A DNA stretch of 58,708 nt, counting the filler, from Nemertoderma westbladi (taxonomy: Eukaryota; Animalia; Xenacoelomorpha), in the NCBI GenBank assembly GCA_032718475.1. It is 3 parts of 3 records of this genome, joined end to end, with 100 filler letters (N's around TTAATTAATTAA, not from the genome) between each part and the next. Parts side by side here need not be neighbours in the genome. Positions count along the whole stretch, not along the records: positions 27,993 to 45,543 come from JAUCBJ010000854.1; positions 45,644 to 58,708 come from JAUCBJ010006797.1; 1 more part is not named here. One strand, 5' to 3'. This document shows, piece by piece, positions 38,868-51,690 of the stretch. How positions within the stretch are numbered: position 1 is the first letter of the stretch; each line of letters begins with the position of its first letter. The notes beneath the pieces are model-generated. The model was not told the DNA's origin, made no database searches, and was given only the letters and a program-made list of their open reading frames with translations. The position numbers and the translations under genes were made by a program.

Positions 38868-39287
38868 TGGAGTCAGATATGAGGCCCATCACCCATATCT
38901 ACTCTGGCGTACATGACCCACCATTGGCTGTTGCAGCTCATCTGCTGGGTCATGCCCTGTACCCTTGCTGCCAGGTGCAGGTCGCAGTGAAGTGCCTTCA
39001 GAGTGGACATGAGAACACTCTACTCCTAACCAGCCATTGGTAGATCACCATCTGCCTGGTCAGGCCATATACCCCTGCAGCCAAGTATATGGGTCCTTAA
39101 TCCAGGACCAAGGGCGTCCTTATCCCAGAACGAAGGGGGTCCTAGTTACAGGACCAGATTTGCCCTAGTAAGAGGGTCTATGCAGCTACAGGTGGCACCT
39201 CCTTTATGCTGCATGGAGGTGGCAAGTTTTCTTGATCAATGACCTAGAATACCTGACCTGACAACAACTTTTTTTCTGGTACAAAAT

Positions 39288-40583
39288 TTTCTGGTATACC
39301 AACCAGCTTATTTCAGTATCTTGGGGCTCGTCTCAAAGTAAATGGTTCACAGTCGGCAATGGCGTTCGTCAGGGAAGTTTGATTTCCCCGATTTTGTTCA
39401 ATATCTATCTCGATGAACTGAGTCAGCGTCTTAACAGTTCTAAAGTGGGCTGTATAGTATCGAAATTCCTGATTAATCACCTTTCATACGCTGATGACCT
39501 TTGTCTCATTTCTCCTAGTATCTACGGTCTCCGTGGCCTCCTCCGCATCTGCGAGAATTATGGACTGCAGTTCGACATCTCCTTTAATCCGACGAAGTCG
39601 AAGTGTATGTATTTCTCCCCAACTAAATTCGGCCGCATGGGTGATGTATATTTGAACGGAAAGATTCTAGAATGTGTTAAAGAATATACTTATTTGGGAC
39701 ACATAATATCCTGTGACTTATCCGACGAACCGGATATGACGCGCACCAAGCGATCTCTTTATTGTAGAGGAAACCAGCTCTCCCGTATGTTTTCGAAGTG
39801 CAGTTTACCTATAAAGACTCTTCTCTTTAAGGCTTATTGCTATTCGCTATATTGTGCATCCGTATGGTCGACTTTCCGTGTAGAGTGTCTGCGGACCGTT
39901 AAGGTGGCGTACAACTCTGCATTCAGACATCTATTTGGGTATAGGCGTTGCGACGACGATGACACAATATTTGTCTGCCACCGTGTTAACAACTTCAAAG
40001 CTGTCAGCCGGGTACTGGCATTCTCGTTGCGTAATCGCGTCGCAATTTCCTGCAATCCAATCCTTGTAGGTTGTGCAAACTTAGGTTACTCATCTCTCAC
40101 TGATCGATGGGATGTGCTGCTTCTGTAATGCTCACCCCCCACTTCATGGCTTGCCCCCACATTATCGCGACCTTCTCATATTTCAAATCCTTGCAAATAT
40201 TATATAATATGAATTAATTCAATGTATATCTTATTATTTTTTTTTTGAATACATCACACCTGAGCGACCGGTACTCAATTTTAATATTTAATATTTTGAA
40301 TTCAGTAATGGGAATTGCTATTCTTTCGGTATTGGTTGGGCTGGGCAGTGCCTGAGTGTATCTTTTTTTTGTTTTTTTTTGTATAATATTGTGCTTTCTA
40401 ATTGAAAATGCGGTACCTTGGATATCGATTTAATTTAGTATTCTACAGTCGGGGTCTCAAATATTCAATGTATGCTTGTGCATTTAGGTATTAATTGTGC
40501 AATGCTGTTAAATTTGGTAGAAATAATCTGTACAGTATGTTTTATGGGCTCTGCCCGATGAATAAACAAAGAAAGAAAGAAAA
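39288..40583 (+). mobile_element. LINE ORF2, 3' part (RT to stop at 40128) and 3'-UTR; continuation of 31500-33019
   Basis: FWYTNQ..GNGVRQGSLISPILFNIYLD, HLSYADD, YTYLGH; 3' end AATAAA followed by (GAAA)n at 40561-40583. Confidence 0.92.
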
Positions 40584-41599
40584 CTTATATATTCTCTTGC
40601 AATATAATAATGTAATAAAACAAGACAGACAGACAAATGAACAGCAGGCAGATAGATAACGGACAGTTAATAATCACATAAGCTATAGTCATATTTGCGG
40701 TGACACAGGCATTTCAAATAAAAATAGCAGTGCAAATAAATGTAGCCAGACATATTATAGCATCAACGTTTTTGCTGTGACGGACAAACAAACAATGGGA
40801 AAATAGTTGCATTTCTCTATAGAAATTGAGAGAAACATATCAAAATCCGATCCAAAACTAACCTGATCTAAAACCCAAAGCGATCTCATATACAAATTGG
40901 ACTATTTTTCAATACTTCATTAGTGGGTAACAATGGACTGGAAGTAGCTACAGAGATGCAGAGCTACCGAAATGCTGAACAATTAACATTCCAATGATTA
41001 AAATGAAGTTAAAAACATGAGCACGGGTGCACATGTTGCACTTTTGGAGTAACGGTATTGTGCACCGGTGCGCAAATCGCTCTTTTTTCAAAACTAAGGA
41101 ATTTATGTTCGCACTAACAGGCATTTATCAAAAATATGGTTGCGTTTCGGTGTATGAAGACATACGAGTAACGAAGTTAAAATATCGTGCCACTGTAACC
41201 TGCTCCTTTCCCTAAATTGAGAATTTAGCATTGAGGCGGGATATTAATTCGCCAAGGCGGGTTTTGCGTCCAGTTCCTCCCCCCTATCTCGAATTTTCAG
41301 TGAATTTTGACATTCTTTTTGTACAGCATCGTACTTATTTGCTAATATCACGGAATTTTTATAAAAGTAGTCAATTTAAGCAAAATATTCGACATAAGAG
41401 TCATTGCAAGCTTTGTAAGATGGGACATTAGATGCATGCAAAAAATAGCCACTCAATTCGGTTCTGAATTCAATGGATTAAATAATTATCTAACTAGACA
41501 TCTCAAACTTGTATTTTTCGGAAGTGGGTGCAAAATTACACTAGCACCTAATTTTGAAAGCCATCAAATATATCAATTGATTGTGTTCCCTTGTTTCTT

Positions 41600-41886
41600 G
41601 CGTTACTCGGGTTTATGAGGGTTCTGAATTCAATGGAATAAGTGAAAATTGCATGATTTAGGAAACCATATTCCCAAGGGATATGATGACTTTTATCTCT
41701 GGTATTTGCTACTTTTCTTTCTTCAGTTGAATATAGAGTTAAATAGAGTGGTGCTTTAATGTAATAACAAGATTGTATACAGTTTGCTTTCAAATCATAA
41801 ACCACAAATTCTTTAAATATTACGGAATAAAATGAGTCGTTGAGTACATGGTATTGAAACTCAACAATAAACACGTCCATTTTCAA
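41600..41886 (-). pseudogene. Fragment resembling the small exonuclease-like proteins of Polinton/Maverick-type elements
   Basis: MDVFIVEFQ..VIFKEFVV..YYIKAP..HHIPWEYG resembles a pattern I recall as IVDxQGF..IxKELA..FKPP..HGIxWxxG. Confidence 0.4.
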
Positions 41887-42359
41887 GCGAATCAGAAAAT
41901 ATTTATAAAAATAATAAGCAGGATAAGAATTACTATCGAAAAGAATAAAAAGTTATAAACATCTTAATTAAATATAATAATAGATGAGGAAAATTGTAAT
42001 GAACCTAAAGACTTTTATTAACCAATAAGAAATAGTAGAAATTGTACAATGTCCTTCCCACTCCAACTCGTAACATATTCATAACTTCCATGATCTAACC
42101 TTTCTAACCTACTTCAAAAAGTTTGAAGCTCTACTAGCTCTGGTACTGTTATAGGGTTTATAGTAGTGATACAGTAGTGGTACAGTAATAGTGTATCACG
42201 CATTCAGCTAACCTCATATGGTTTATATTTATTGGTTTTCCTTTCAAATAGTGTTTTCTACTGGCGGCGTGTTTGACAATGGTGGTATGTGGGGTAATTC
42301 ATGGTTGTAGTTGGCCTGTGTGCGATTGAGGGAATGCTGGCGCGTAAGATGTAAACCTA

Positions 42360-43240
42360 AAGCCCCGTTCACATCCAACGGAACGGTACACCGCGCGGTG
42401 TACCGCAGGCCCAGCGGTACATCGCTGAGTGTGAACGACCCTGCGGTATTCGAGCGGTGTCTGTGCGGTAAATGATTTTGATAACCGCTGACATGAACGA
42501 CCCAGCATGTAGTTGTGCGGTACACCGCGCGGTTTACCGCAGCCCATTGCAATAATGTTAATAAAATTATTATCTAGACTGTTGAATTAACCGTGAACAG
42601 AGATAGACGACAATTTACCGCAACGGTACCGCTGCGTTACCGCTGCGGTTCCGCTGCGGTTACCGCGCGGTTTACCGCTGGATTTAGAAACATGTTCAAA
42701 TTACAGATTTACCGCCAGCTTATTCTATGGGGAAGTAAACCCTCTCTCCTGTGACTATTATTATTGTTGTTCTTTAAATAATTTGGCGGGGAATTCAATT
42801 GTAGTAATAGTAGCGGTTCTCTCGTAATCCCTTCATTAGTTTGGAACGATAGAAGACCCGAGAATCTCCCTCACGTCCGTAGCTCCCAACTTCTATGTAC
42901 GTAATGCGGTATTTCGCATCCCAAACTGCCAGCATTATAGTGCTGAAATAGTCCTTATAATTGTAGAATAAGGATCCCGACGAATTTGGGCATTGGATTT
43001 CAAAATGTTTCCCGTCAATAGCCCCGATGCAATTTGGGAAATTCCACAGTCGATAAAAGTCATCTGCAATAATACTTCATTCATTGGCAGTGGATGGAAA
43101 TTTTAGATATATTGGAGATAATTTATTCCATATAATTCCACACGCCTCGCCCAATATTCGGCTTATTGTAGACTTGCCGCGTTGAAACCTGATGGCAAGG
43201 AAGGTAATACTTGGTCCATGCGACAGAAATACTTCGAACG
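42360..43240 (-). mobile_element. PIF/Harbinger transposon remnant
   Basis: Minus ~43070-42840 reads DFYRLWNFPNCIGAIDGKHFEIQCPNSSGSLFYNYKDYFSTIMLAVWDAKYRITYIEVGSYGREGDSRVF; candidate end AGCCCCGTTCACA next to TAA, with accgc(gc/tg)ggt-type subterminal repeats. Absent from the ORF track. Confidence 0.85.
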
Positions 43241-44134
43241 TATACTTTCTTTTTTAACTTTATTAAAAATTGGAACGCTCTGCCTAATTAAATAAAAAAC
43301 CTAGATAATCAACATTCTTTTAAATCTGCAGTTAAATCTCACCTCCGTGTGCAATGTAAAAATAGGTACAATAGTCCTACAGTGAGTTATTAGTTTATTA
43401 ATTATTTACTATTTATACTGTAATTACGTTTTATAAATTGTTTTGTGCATTGTTACTTCTTTATCGCTGAGTCGGGCATTCGCATTGCCACGCTCTCTCG
43501 GTAAAATTGTGTCGTAGTGTAAAATAAAATAGTGCAAAATAGTGTAATTACTACGTTTGATACTAGTTTTAAGGTGCTTTTATGAGGTAGTGATTTTTTG
43601 TAATATTTTATTTGTAACTAAGTAGGCTAACATAAAGGACCCCTTGTAATCCTATACAGAATTATATTGGGTAGTACCTGTATATACATTGTTTGATATA
43701 TTGTTATTGATCACCGTACATAATGTATAAATAATATCCATAACCATTACAATAATGTTTAGGGTGTTTACATTTAATCGCTCAGAGGGCGGATAAGTTG
43801 ATATAATGTAATAAAATACCTTTATCATCAATGTACAGCACAAAATGCAGTATTTAGAGATTATCACCATCGTTTATTTACTTATTCCTTCCTCGCTGCG
43901 CCTGCGCTTGTTCGGTACATAAACACTCAAGTCATTTCTCTGGAAATTGTTCGCACAATAGTTAGTAGTAGTAAATAGTTAGTGTTTACAAACAAGTTTG
44001 TAGTTATTTATTTATTGCAAATAATATTATATATCCTACCAATATCAAGGAAAACTGAAAATTTATAACTTCTTCCTATTAATTATTGAATTTTTAAAAG
44101 CTTTATAAAAGTTTAATACTTTATCCACTATTAT

Positions 44135-45140
44135 TTATTGTGGGGCGAGCCACGAAGTTGGCGGAGCCTTAGCGAATTGACACTGTTAGGGGGTGGGTCA
44201 ATTTATGCAAATAGTTGTCGTCGTCGTCGTCGTCGTTGTCGTCGTCGTCGTCGTCGTCGTTGTCGTCGTCGTCGTCGTCGTTACGATTTTGACATGCTAA
44301 TAACTTTCTCGGATTTAAAGCTGCCAAGTTGAAAATTTGTAGGTATCAATATGAGCTAAAGTTGAGATTTTTGAGAGACTTTCAGACACCATCAGTGCAA
44401 TGGTCTCCCGCTAGAGGGCCACATGTCTAAACATTAAATGCCCTCCCATTTCTTTGCTTTTAATCCGTTTAAGCTGAAACTTGGCAGATATGTATTAGAC
44501 CATTAGCTGTGACTTTCAAAGGAGGCGAATCCATCTGCAGTTCTTCAGTCTGCCGCTAGAGGGCCAAATGTCTGAAAGTGAAATCGTTGTCGTCGTTATG
44601 ATATTGACATGCTTATAACTTTGTCGAATTTAAAGCTGCCAAGTTGAAAATTTGTTTTGTTGAAAATCAGTTCAACAGTCACCCGCTATAGGACTACTTT
44701 ATGCCTGAAAGTGAATAGATTCTCCCGTCTCATTGATTTTAATCAGTTTAAGCTGAATCTTGCCATATATTCTGGACCACATGCTGCGTCTTTGTGGGGG
44801 GGGGGGGGGGGATTTTAATCGGTCTGCCGCTATACGACGAAATTTCTGAAAGTGAGATCCGTCTCTCATTTCGTTATCCGTTATTCAAGATGAAACTTGG
44901 CCGATGTACGTATGTACTATTCATCCATAGGCTGTGTCTTTGTGGGCTGGAGACCCTAATCCATCTTCACTTCTCACTATATACCGCTAGAGTCAGAAAT
45001 GTCTGAATAGAAATGAAAGAGGTAAAAAGTGATTAGGCGAAATCTGCTTAAAATTTGCTAATACAGTAATACTTTCGAATTAGTACTTAAATTAAATTTA
45101 AGTCACGTGCTGCGCGAAGGCCCCACTTCGTGTCTAATTA
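44135..45140 (+). mobile_element. DINE/Helentron-like non-autonomous repeat with (CGT)n microsatellite
   Basis: Head tgtggggcgagccacgaagttggcggagcc, (CGT)n at ~44217-44283, tail gctgcgcgaaggccccac (complementary to gtgggg). Related copies at 45270-45543, 47066-47705 and ~49068. Confidence 0.6.
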
Positions 45141-45543
45141 TGAATTACATGATTAGTGTCATGCATTATTTCATTTCCTGTTCACTGTACAGTATAATAA
45201 CCATATTGTCATTATCACAAATTGAAAAGCAACTTATTATTATTAACACAAAGATTTGATTGTATATACTTGTGGGGCGAGCCACGAAGTTGGCGGAGCC
45301 TTAGCGAATTGACACTGTTAGGGGGTGTGTCAATTTATGCAATAGTTGTCGTCGTCGTCGTTGTCGTCGTCGTCGTCGTTACGACTTTGACATGCTAATA
45401 ACTTTGTCGGATTTAATGTGGCCCTCTAGCGGAGACCATTGCACTGATGGTGTCTGAAAGTCTCTCAAAATCTCAACTTTTGCTCATATTGATACCTACA
45501 AATTTTCAACTGGCAGCTTTAAATCCGACAAAGTTGTTAGCAT

Positions 45544-45643
45544 NNNNNNNNNNNNNNNNNNNNNNNNNNNNNNNNNNNNNNNNNNNNTTAATTAATTAAN
45601 NNNNNNNNNNNNNNNNNNNNNNNNNNNNNNNNNNNNNNNNNNN
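45544..45643. other. Artificial scaffold gap spacer
   Basis: 44 N + TTAATTAATTAA + 44 N. Confidence 0.98.
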
Positions 45644-47065
45644 TTCAACTCGCGTTATGGAAAGTTGAAATACCGCGAACAGTCTAATTGACAAGGGTGA
45701 TGATAACATTAGTGGTGCATCGTCAATACTACACCCGGTAACAGGAAAGTGTTGGCCATTGTTCTTACCAGAGTTAGAAGTTTTGGTAGAATCATTCCCA
45801 GAGTTTAGTAAGTACGGCCAGGATGAGTTGCTAGATCAAGATCACTGTGCATCCCCCAGATATTCCAATAAAACGTTAGACCAGGAATTGGGATGTCCAG
45901 TTCCAGTCTTGTTTACAAACTCACATACAAATATAGTTACTGGTATCTATGTAAAATAAAGTCGAATGCTTAAAGTATGGTTACGAAAGTTTTATTTAGG
46001 TTATCTATGTCACATTTCATACACCTACAGTACAGTAAGTTTGAATGGTGTTTTTCGTATGAAGCGTGTCTGAGTGATGGATGATAATAAAAACGTTGCT
46101 TTCCGAAGAACATAAAAACGGAAAATGATACTGTCGTTAATTCTTTGAAATATTCCACATACACAGTGCGTTTTAACCAACTTTTAGTCGAAAAAAAATA
46201 CCCATCTCCAATTTTTTTTCATAACAACCACATCCACTAGTTATTTCAGAAAAAACAAATTTTCAAAAATTTGACCGGGCTATTGCATTTTAATCAACAA
46301 TTATAAATTATTAAGTTATTATAATTATATTAATAATATTATAAAACTTTAAAAAGATTACCCATTCCAAATTTCGATTTATTTGCAGTCTACATGATGT
46401 TTTAGTTTAAATTTAGCTTTAATTAACAATTTTCTTCGGGCTATTGGCCTTTAATACACAATAATTAAATGGATCATATTGAAATTATGTAGCCGCAAAC
46501 AGAATAATTTTAAATTCCGCCTAAAATATTACTTCTATTGATCCCACAGACTCAAACGTGGCCTCATTCGAACCGCAATCATCGATTTAGTTGGAGTCGA
46601 TCTTCATCAATCGTGCCCCCCTCCATTATCGGTCTGGTTGCGGGGGAATATAATAATAATAATCTTAACTTAATGGTATTTGATATTACCCTTTTATTTT
46701 ATACTGCCACTGCACACAGCCGCCGTTAACATTCTTCCGAATTCAAGACAAAGCTCATTAATTAAGGCAGTAGTGTGTCGCCTTAACCCCCATGGCGGTC
46801 GGTTAGTGTGCCTCGTTTACATATCCTGACCTCCAAAGCGGCAGTCTGCCGTCTTTAAGCGAAAATATCTCATAACTATGTTATCCTTCTGGGATAGAAA
46901 AATGGAATTCATAATAGAAAAGTAAATTTAATATTGCTGAAACGACCAATGAATAGGTTTTGTTGTCTTAAAGTCAACAATTCATTATGTGAGTTTTTGA
47001 AATCACTGGGAAACCTGTAATAGTCAAGTCATTTCAGCAGGCAGCCCAGTATGTGGATGTGAAAG

Positions 47066-47705
47066 TGTGGGGCGAGCCGCGAAGCCTTAGCCTGTCTATC
47101 TCTCGAGTTGTCTGTCGTCGTTAATTTTTGATCGCTAATAACTACGTTATTCCTTGATGAAATTAAACCAAACTTGTTACGTATGTAGTCCGCCTAAAAT
47201 GTTTAGAAAGAATCTGAAGTTCGGTCAAAAAACCGTATTTTCAGACTTGAAAGTAAGTTGACCGAAATAAGTCGGTCAATCATTGATGAAATTAAACCGA
47301 ACTTGGTAATTGAACTTGGTAAACATGTTTGGTATTACAGGATTCTACACACAAACATAAATTATACACCGAAAGATGCTTCTTTAGTTTCTCTGACGGC
47401 CGCTAGGGGGAGAATTGTAAAAATAAGTAGCTATAAGTTCGTTGTAGAACCAACCATAGGGTCGAAGTCAGACAGACTGCGTGTGCCGTAATGGGGTCAG
47501 ACAGAATAGCTGGTACAGATTCATTTGAAATTTGGTAGAAATGACCTATGAACATTAAGGCTTTTTTAATAATTTTGCGTACCAACAGACTACATAAGTC
47601 AGTTCCTCTGTCATTCCCATGGCGGCGTATTGTAAATACAAAGAGTATTCGGATTATAGTTTCTCAGGTTAAATGAGTCTCGTGCTGCGCGAAGGCCTCA
47701 CGAAC
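47066..47705 (+). mobile_element. Related DINE/Helentron-like repeat copy
   Basis: Head gtgtggggcgagccgcgaagccttagc and tail cgtgctgcgcgaaggcctcac shared with 44135-45140. Confidence 0.55.
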
Positions 47706-48295
47706 GGGTACGTTATGATTTAACGTAGCTGAAGGTACTGTTGGATATTTTTATAGTCCGCGAGACCCTATTTGGTGTAGGCCTACCCTTATGAATTTCA
47801 GGCACAACAAAATATTATTTGGAAATAAAATGCGAAAAAATATTGAATTTTTGTTATTATTTCTTTTAAGAATATTTGAAATCTTTTTAATATTAAGATT
47901 AATAAGATTAATTTCCAGAAAACCTATTACCAGTGAGTAGGCCTATATACAATACAAAAATCGCCAAAAGGATACCGTCAATGTAGGTTATCTCTGGTTC
48001 GATAATCATTTTGGGATGAATATCTCGGAATTAATAACCCCAATGGATTCTTAGATGCGAAATAACTGTAGCTAAATAATAGCCTTATCGTGTTTTTAAA
48101 TAATAAATTCAACTCAACTGGTCACACTTACATTATTAATGAAATCGAATGAAATCAAATAGCAATTTAGCCAATAATTATGTTAATGTTGTGTCTATTC
48201 TATTACGGTTTTTTACTATTAACAGAAAAGGCGCGAAATTCAAAATTTTTATTTCACTAAGTGACTTGCGGTGTTTTATCATCCTGGCTGTATGC

Positions 48296-51200
48296 TATGC
48301 CGTCTTTTTAGGGTGATAATGCATGCAGTAAATTATTTTTTCTTTATTAAGTATTAATTAATAGTTAATTAAATATGAATTAATAGTTCAGTATTTTTTA
48401 GGTTAGTATTAAATTAATTCGGTATTACTGAACTATTAATTCAGTATTACTGAACTATTAATTCAGTATTACTGAACTATTAATTCAGTATTACTGAACT
48501 ATTAATTCAGTATTACTGAACTATTAATTCAGTATTAGGCTCATTCCAAAGTAAAGTACGGGACATTCGTACACAATTTTGAACTTTGATTGCCTGTACA
48601 ATGTTATCCACAGCACATATGTGCACAAAATTGTGCTTGGATTGAACTTTCGAATATCAGCTTTGATTTCGCGGAGCTTATGGCGGGACTTAGTCACTTT
48701 TGAGAAAACACCAGCTTGTCCAATTAAGGTAAAGTACGGATTCGTACGAAATGGTTTTTTTTATTTTATGATTTCAATTCTAAAATTTAGCGAATTGTGC
48801 GCATGTACGGTGTTGAGTTGATGTTTAGGATAAAGCTGTATTATTAAGCTTAAATAAAAATATAAATATAAGGCGAATTGCTGCTTTGCTAATTTTTTAC
48901 AGTGTGGTTTGTGTGGTAAAGTATGGGACATTGCTAAGTAAAGTACGGGACCTGTACGAATTTTATGGTCAAAATTGTCTCTTACCTTTAACCTAACAGT
49001 AATTTCTGGATAATTAGTGACAATAAAGTGCAACTAAGTATTTCCAACCAAGATATGGATACAAAATGTGGGGCGGCCCACAAATTGACCCGAAGTTTTA
49101 GCATATGGGTGCCGTTGAGGAGTTGTCTGTCATCTGTCTAATTTTTGATCGCTAATACTGTATAACTTGGTCATTTTTAGATGAAATTAAACCAAACTTG
49201 GTACGTATGAAGTCTGTCAAAAGTTTGGAAAGAATCTTAAGTTTAAGGAATCAAAGGTCACATATCAGACAGTCTGTCTGTTGGTACCGATAGTTTCAAA
49301 ATTTTGATAAAACCGAAATAAGTCCGCCAATCATTGATGAAATATAACCAAACTTGGTACACATGTAGTCTGTAAAAAGTTTAGAAATTCTTTCCATTTT
49401 TCTGAAAATGTATCAATTACTGTACTTACCGATCTTCTTATCCACTAAAAAACTAAATTTTTTGAAATTTGATGTAAAGTACAGGACTTTACATGCATAA
49501 ACTCAAAGATTAGTTAACTGAGGAATGATTCTTAGTTCAAATACATACTTCTATGCTTCCCCCTACTATCACCCTAAAGCATTATAACACTCCTGCCCTC
49601 CAGCTTTCATATACTGTATTACATTAATACAGTGCACTGTAATCGCCATTATAATGGAAAAGTATGGGACAATTTTCAATTGGCCGTCATGATGTTTCTG
49701 AGGGAGTAGATTATGAAACTAATTGTTTCTTAAGATGACTCAACACAAACGTGCTTTGCATTCCACTGGGTGATTGGGCTTAGTTAGACTACTTCTCTGT
49801 GTATAAATTAAAAATTTCACTATTTTTTGGTAAAGTATGGGACTTTACATGCATAAACCCAAAGATTTCTTGACTGAGGAATGATTCTCAGTTCAAATAT
49901 AGACTCCTATTCTTACGGTCGACTATGACCTTAGAGTATTATATCACTCATGGCTTCACATATTACATTAATACAGTGCACTAATATAATCGCCATTTTA
50001 ATGGTAAAGTACTGTATGGGACAATTTTCAATTGGCCGCCATGATATTTCTGAGGGAATGAAGATGAAACTAATTGTTTTATACGATGACGCAACACAAA
50101 CGTGCTTTGCATTCCACTGGGTGATTAGGCTGAGTTACACCTCTGTGAATAAACTAACAAATTTCACTATTTTAGGTAAAGTATGGGACATCACAAGATT
50201 AACTTTATCGATTTCATTACAGAGGAATGAAACACTGGTGAAATTAAATGAAACCAAAAAAATTCGAAAATGGGTTTGTTTTTGATTTGGTACATGCTCA
50301 GAAATGTTAATTTATTGGTCATAGGAAGTGCCTACAGGAAACGAAACTTTTGCACACTTTTATTCACATTTTGTGCAGAGCAGGTGCATAATTTGTAATT
50401 CGACTATTTTTGATAAACCACCTGTGTTGATACAATTTTTAGCACTGAATTCATGAAGTACGATAAATTTTGACCTAAAATAAGTATAAATTCAAAGCTA
50501 CATCTCATTTTTAGAAATTAGTGGGGAGGTTGACCTTTTAATGGAATGAGCCATTACTGAACTATTAATTCAGTATTACTGAACTATTAATTCAGTATAT
50601 TACTGAACTATTAATTCAGTATATTACTGAACTATTATTAATTCACTATTAATAATTCAGTATTACTGCAACTATTAATTCATTATTACTGCAACTATTA
50701 ATTCATTATTACTGCAACTATTAATTCATTATTACTGATCTAGTTCAGTAATACTGAATTAATAGATCAGAAATAATGAATTAATAGTTCAGTAATACTG
50801 AATTAATAGTTCAGTAATACTGAATTAATAGTTCAGTAATACTGAATTAATAGTTCAGTAATACTGAATTAATAGTTCAGTAATACTGAATTAATAGTAG
50901 TAATAATGAATTAATAGATCAGAAATAATGAATTAATAGTTCAGTAATACTGAATTAATAGTTCAGTAATACTGAATTAATAGTTCAGTAATACTGAATT
51001 AATAGTTCAGTAATACTGAATTAATAGTAGTAATAATGAATTAATAGATCAGAAATAATGAATTAATAGTTCAGTAATACTGAATTAATAGTTCAGTAAT
51101 ACTGAATTAATAGTTCAGTAATACTGAATTAATATACTGGTTCAGTAATATTGAATTAATAGTTCAGTAATACTAAATTAATATACTGGTTCAGTAATAT

Positions 51201-51690
51201 TGAATTAATAGTAGTAATAATACTGAATTAAAAGTTCAGTAATAATGAATTACAGTAATAGATCAGTAATAATGAATTAATAGTTCAGTAATACTGAATT
51301 AATATACTGGTTCAGTAATATTGAATTAATAGTTCAGTAATACTGAATTAATATACTGGTTCAGTAATATTGAATTAATAGTTCAGTAATACTGAATTAA
51401 TAGTTCAGTAATACTAAATTAATAGTTCAGTAATACTGAATTAATAGTTCAGTAATACTGAATTAATATACTGGTTCAGTAATACTGAATTAATATACTG
51501 GTTCAGTAATACTGAATTAATAGTTCAGTAATAATGAATTAATAGATCATTAATAATGAATTAATAGTTCTGTAATACTGAATTAATAATAATTCAGTAA
51601 TACCGAACTATTAATGCATATTAATGAACTATTAATACTTAATTAAAGAAAAAATAATTTACTGAATTATGACACTAAAAACGCGCTCTA
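48296..51690. mobile_element. Non-autonomous foldback element filled with 22-bp repeats; IS3EU-like ends
   Basis: Perfect 6-bp TSD GTATGC (48290-48295, 51691-51696); ends TAT.../...CTA; mirrored arms (cagtaaattattttttcttta..); unit agtattactgaactattaattc flips orientation at ~50740. Confidence 0.75.
48538..50552. mobile_element. Nested non-autonomous TIR element with 4-bp TSD
   Basis: 11-bp TIR GGCTCATTCCA/TGGAATGAGCC, TSD ATTA (48534-48537, 50553-50556); recurrent aaagta(c/t)ggga motif; ~355-bp internal direct duplication (~49475-49830 vs ~49830-50190). Confidence 0.8.

Noticed and set aside
44138-44332. Protamine-like poly-Arg ORF
   Set aside because: Translation of a (CGT)n microsatellite.
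45270-45543. Copy of the 44135 repeat that inverts at ~45415 next to the gap
   Set aside because: Contig-end foldback, likely an assembly artefact; cannot be verified.
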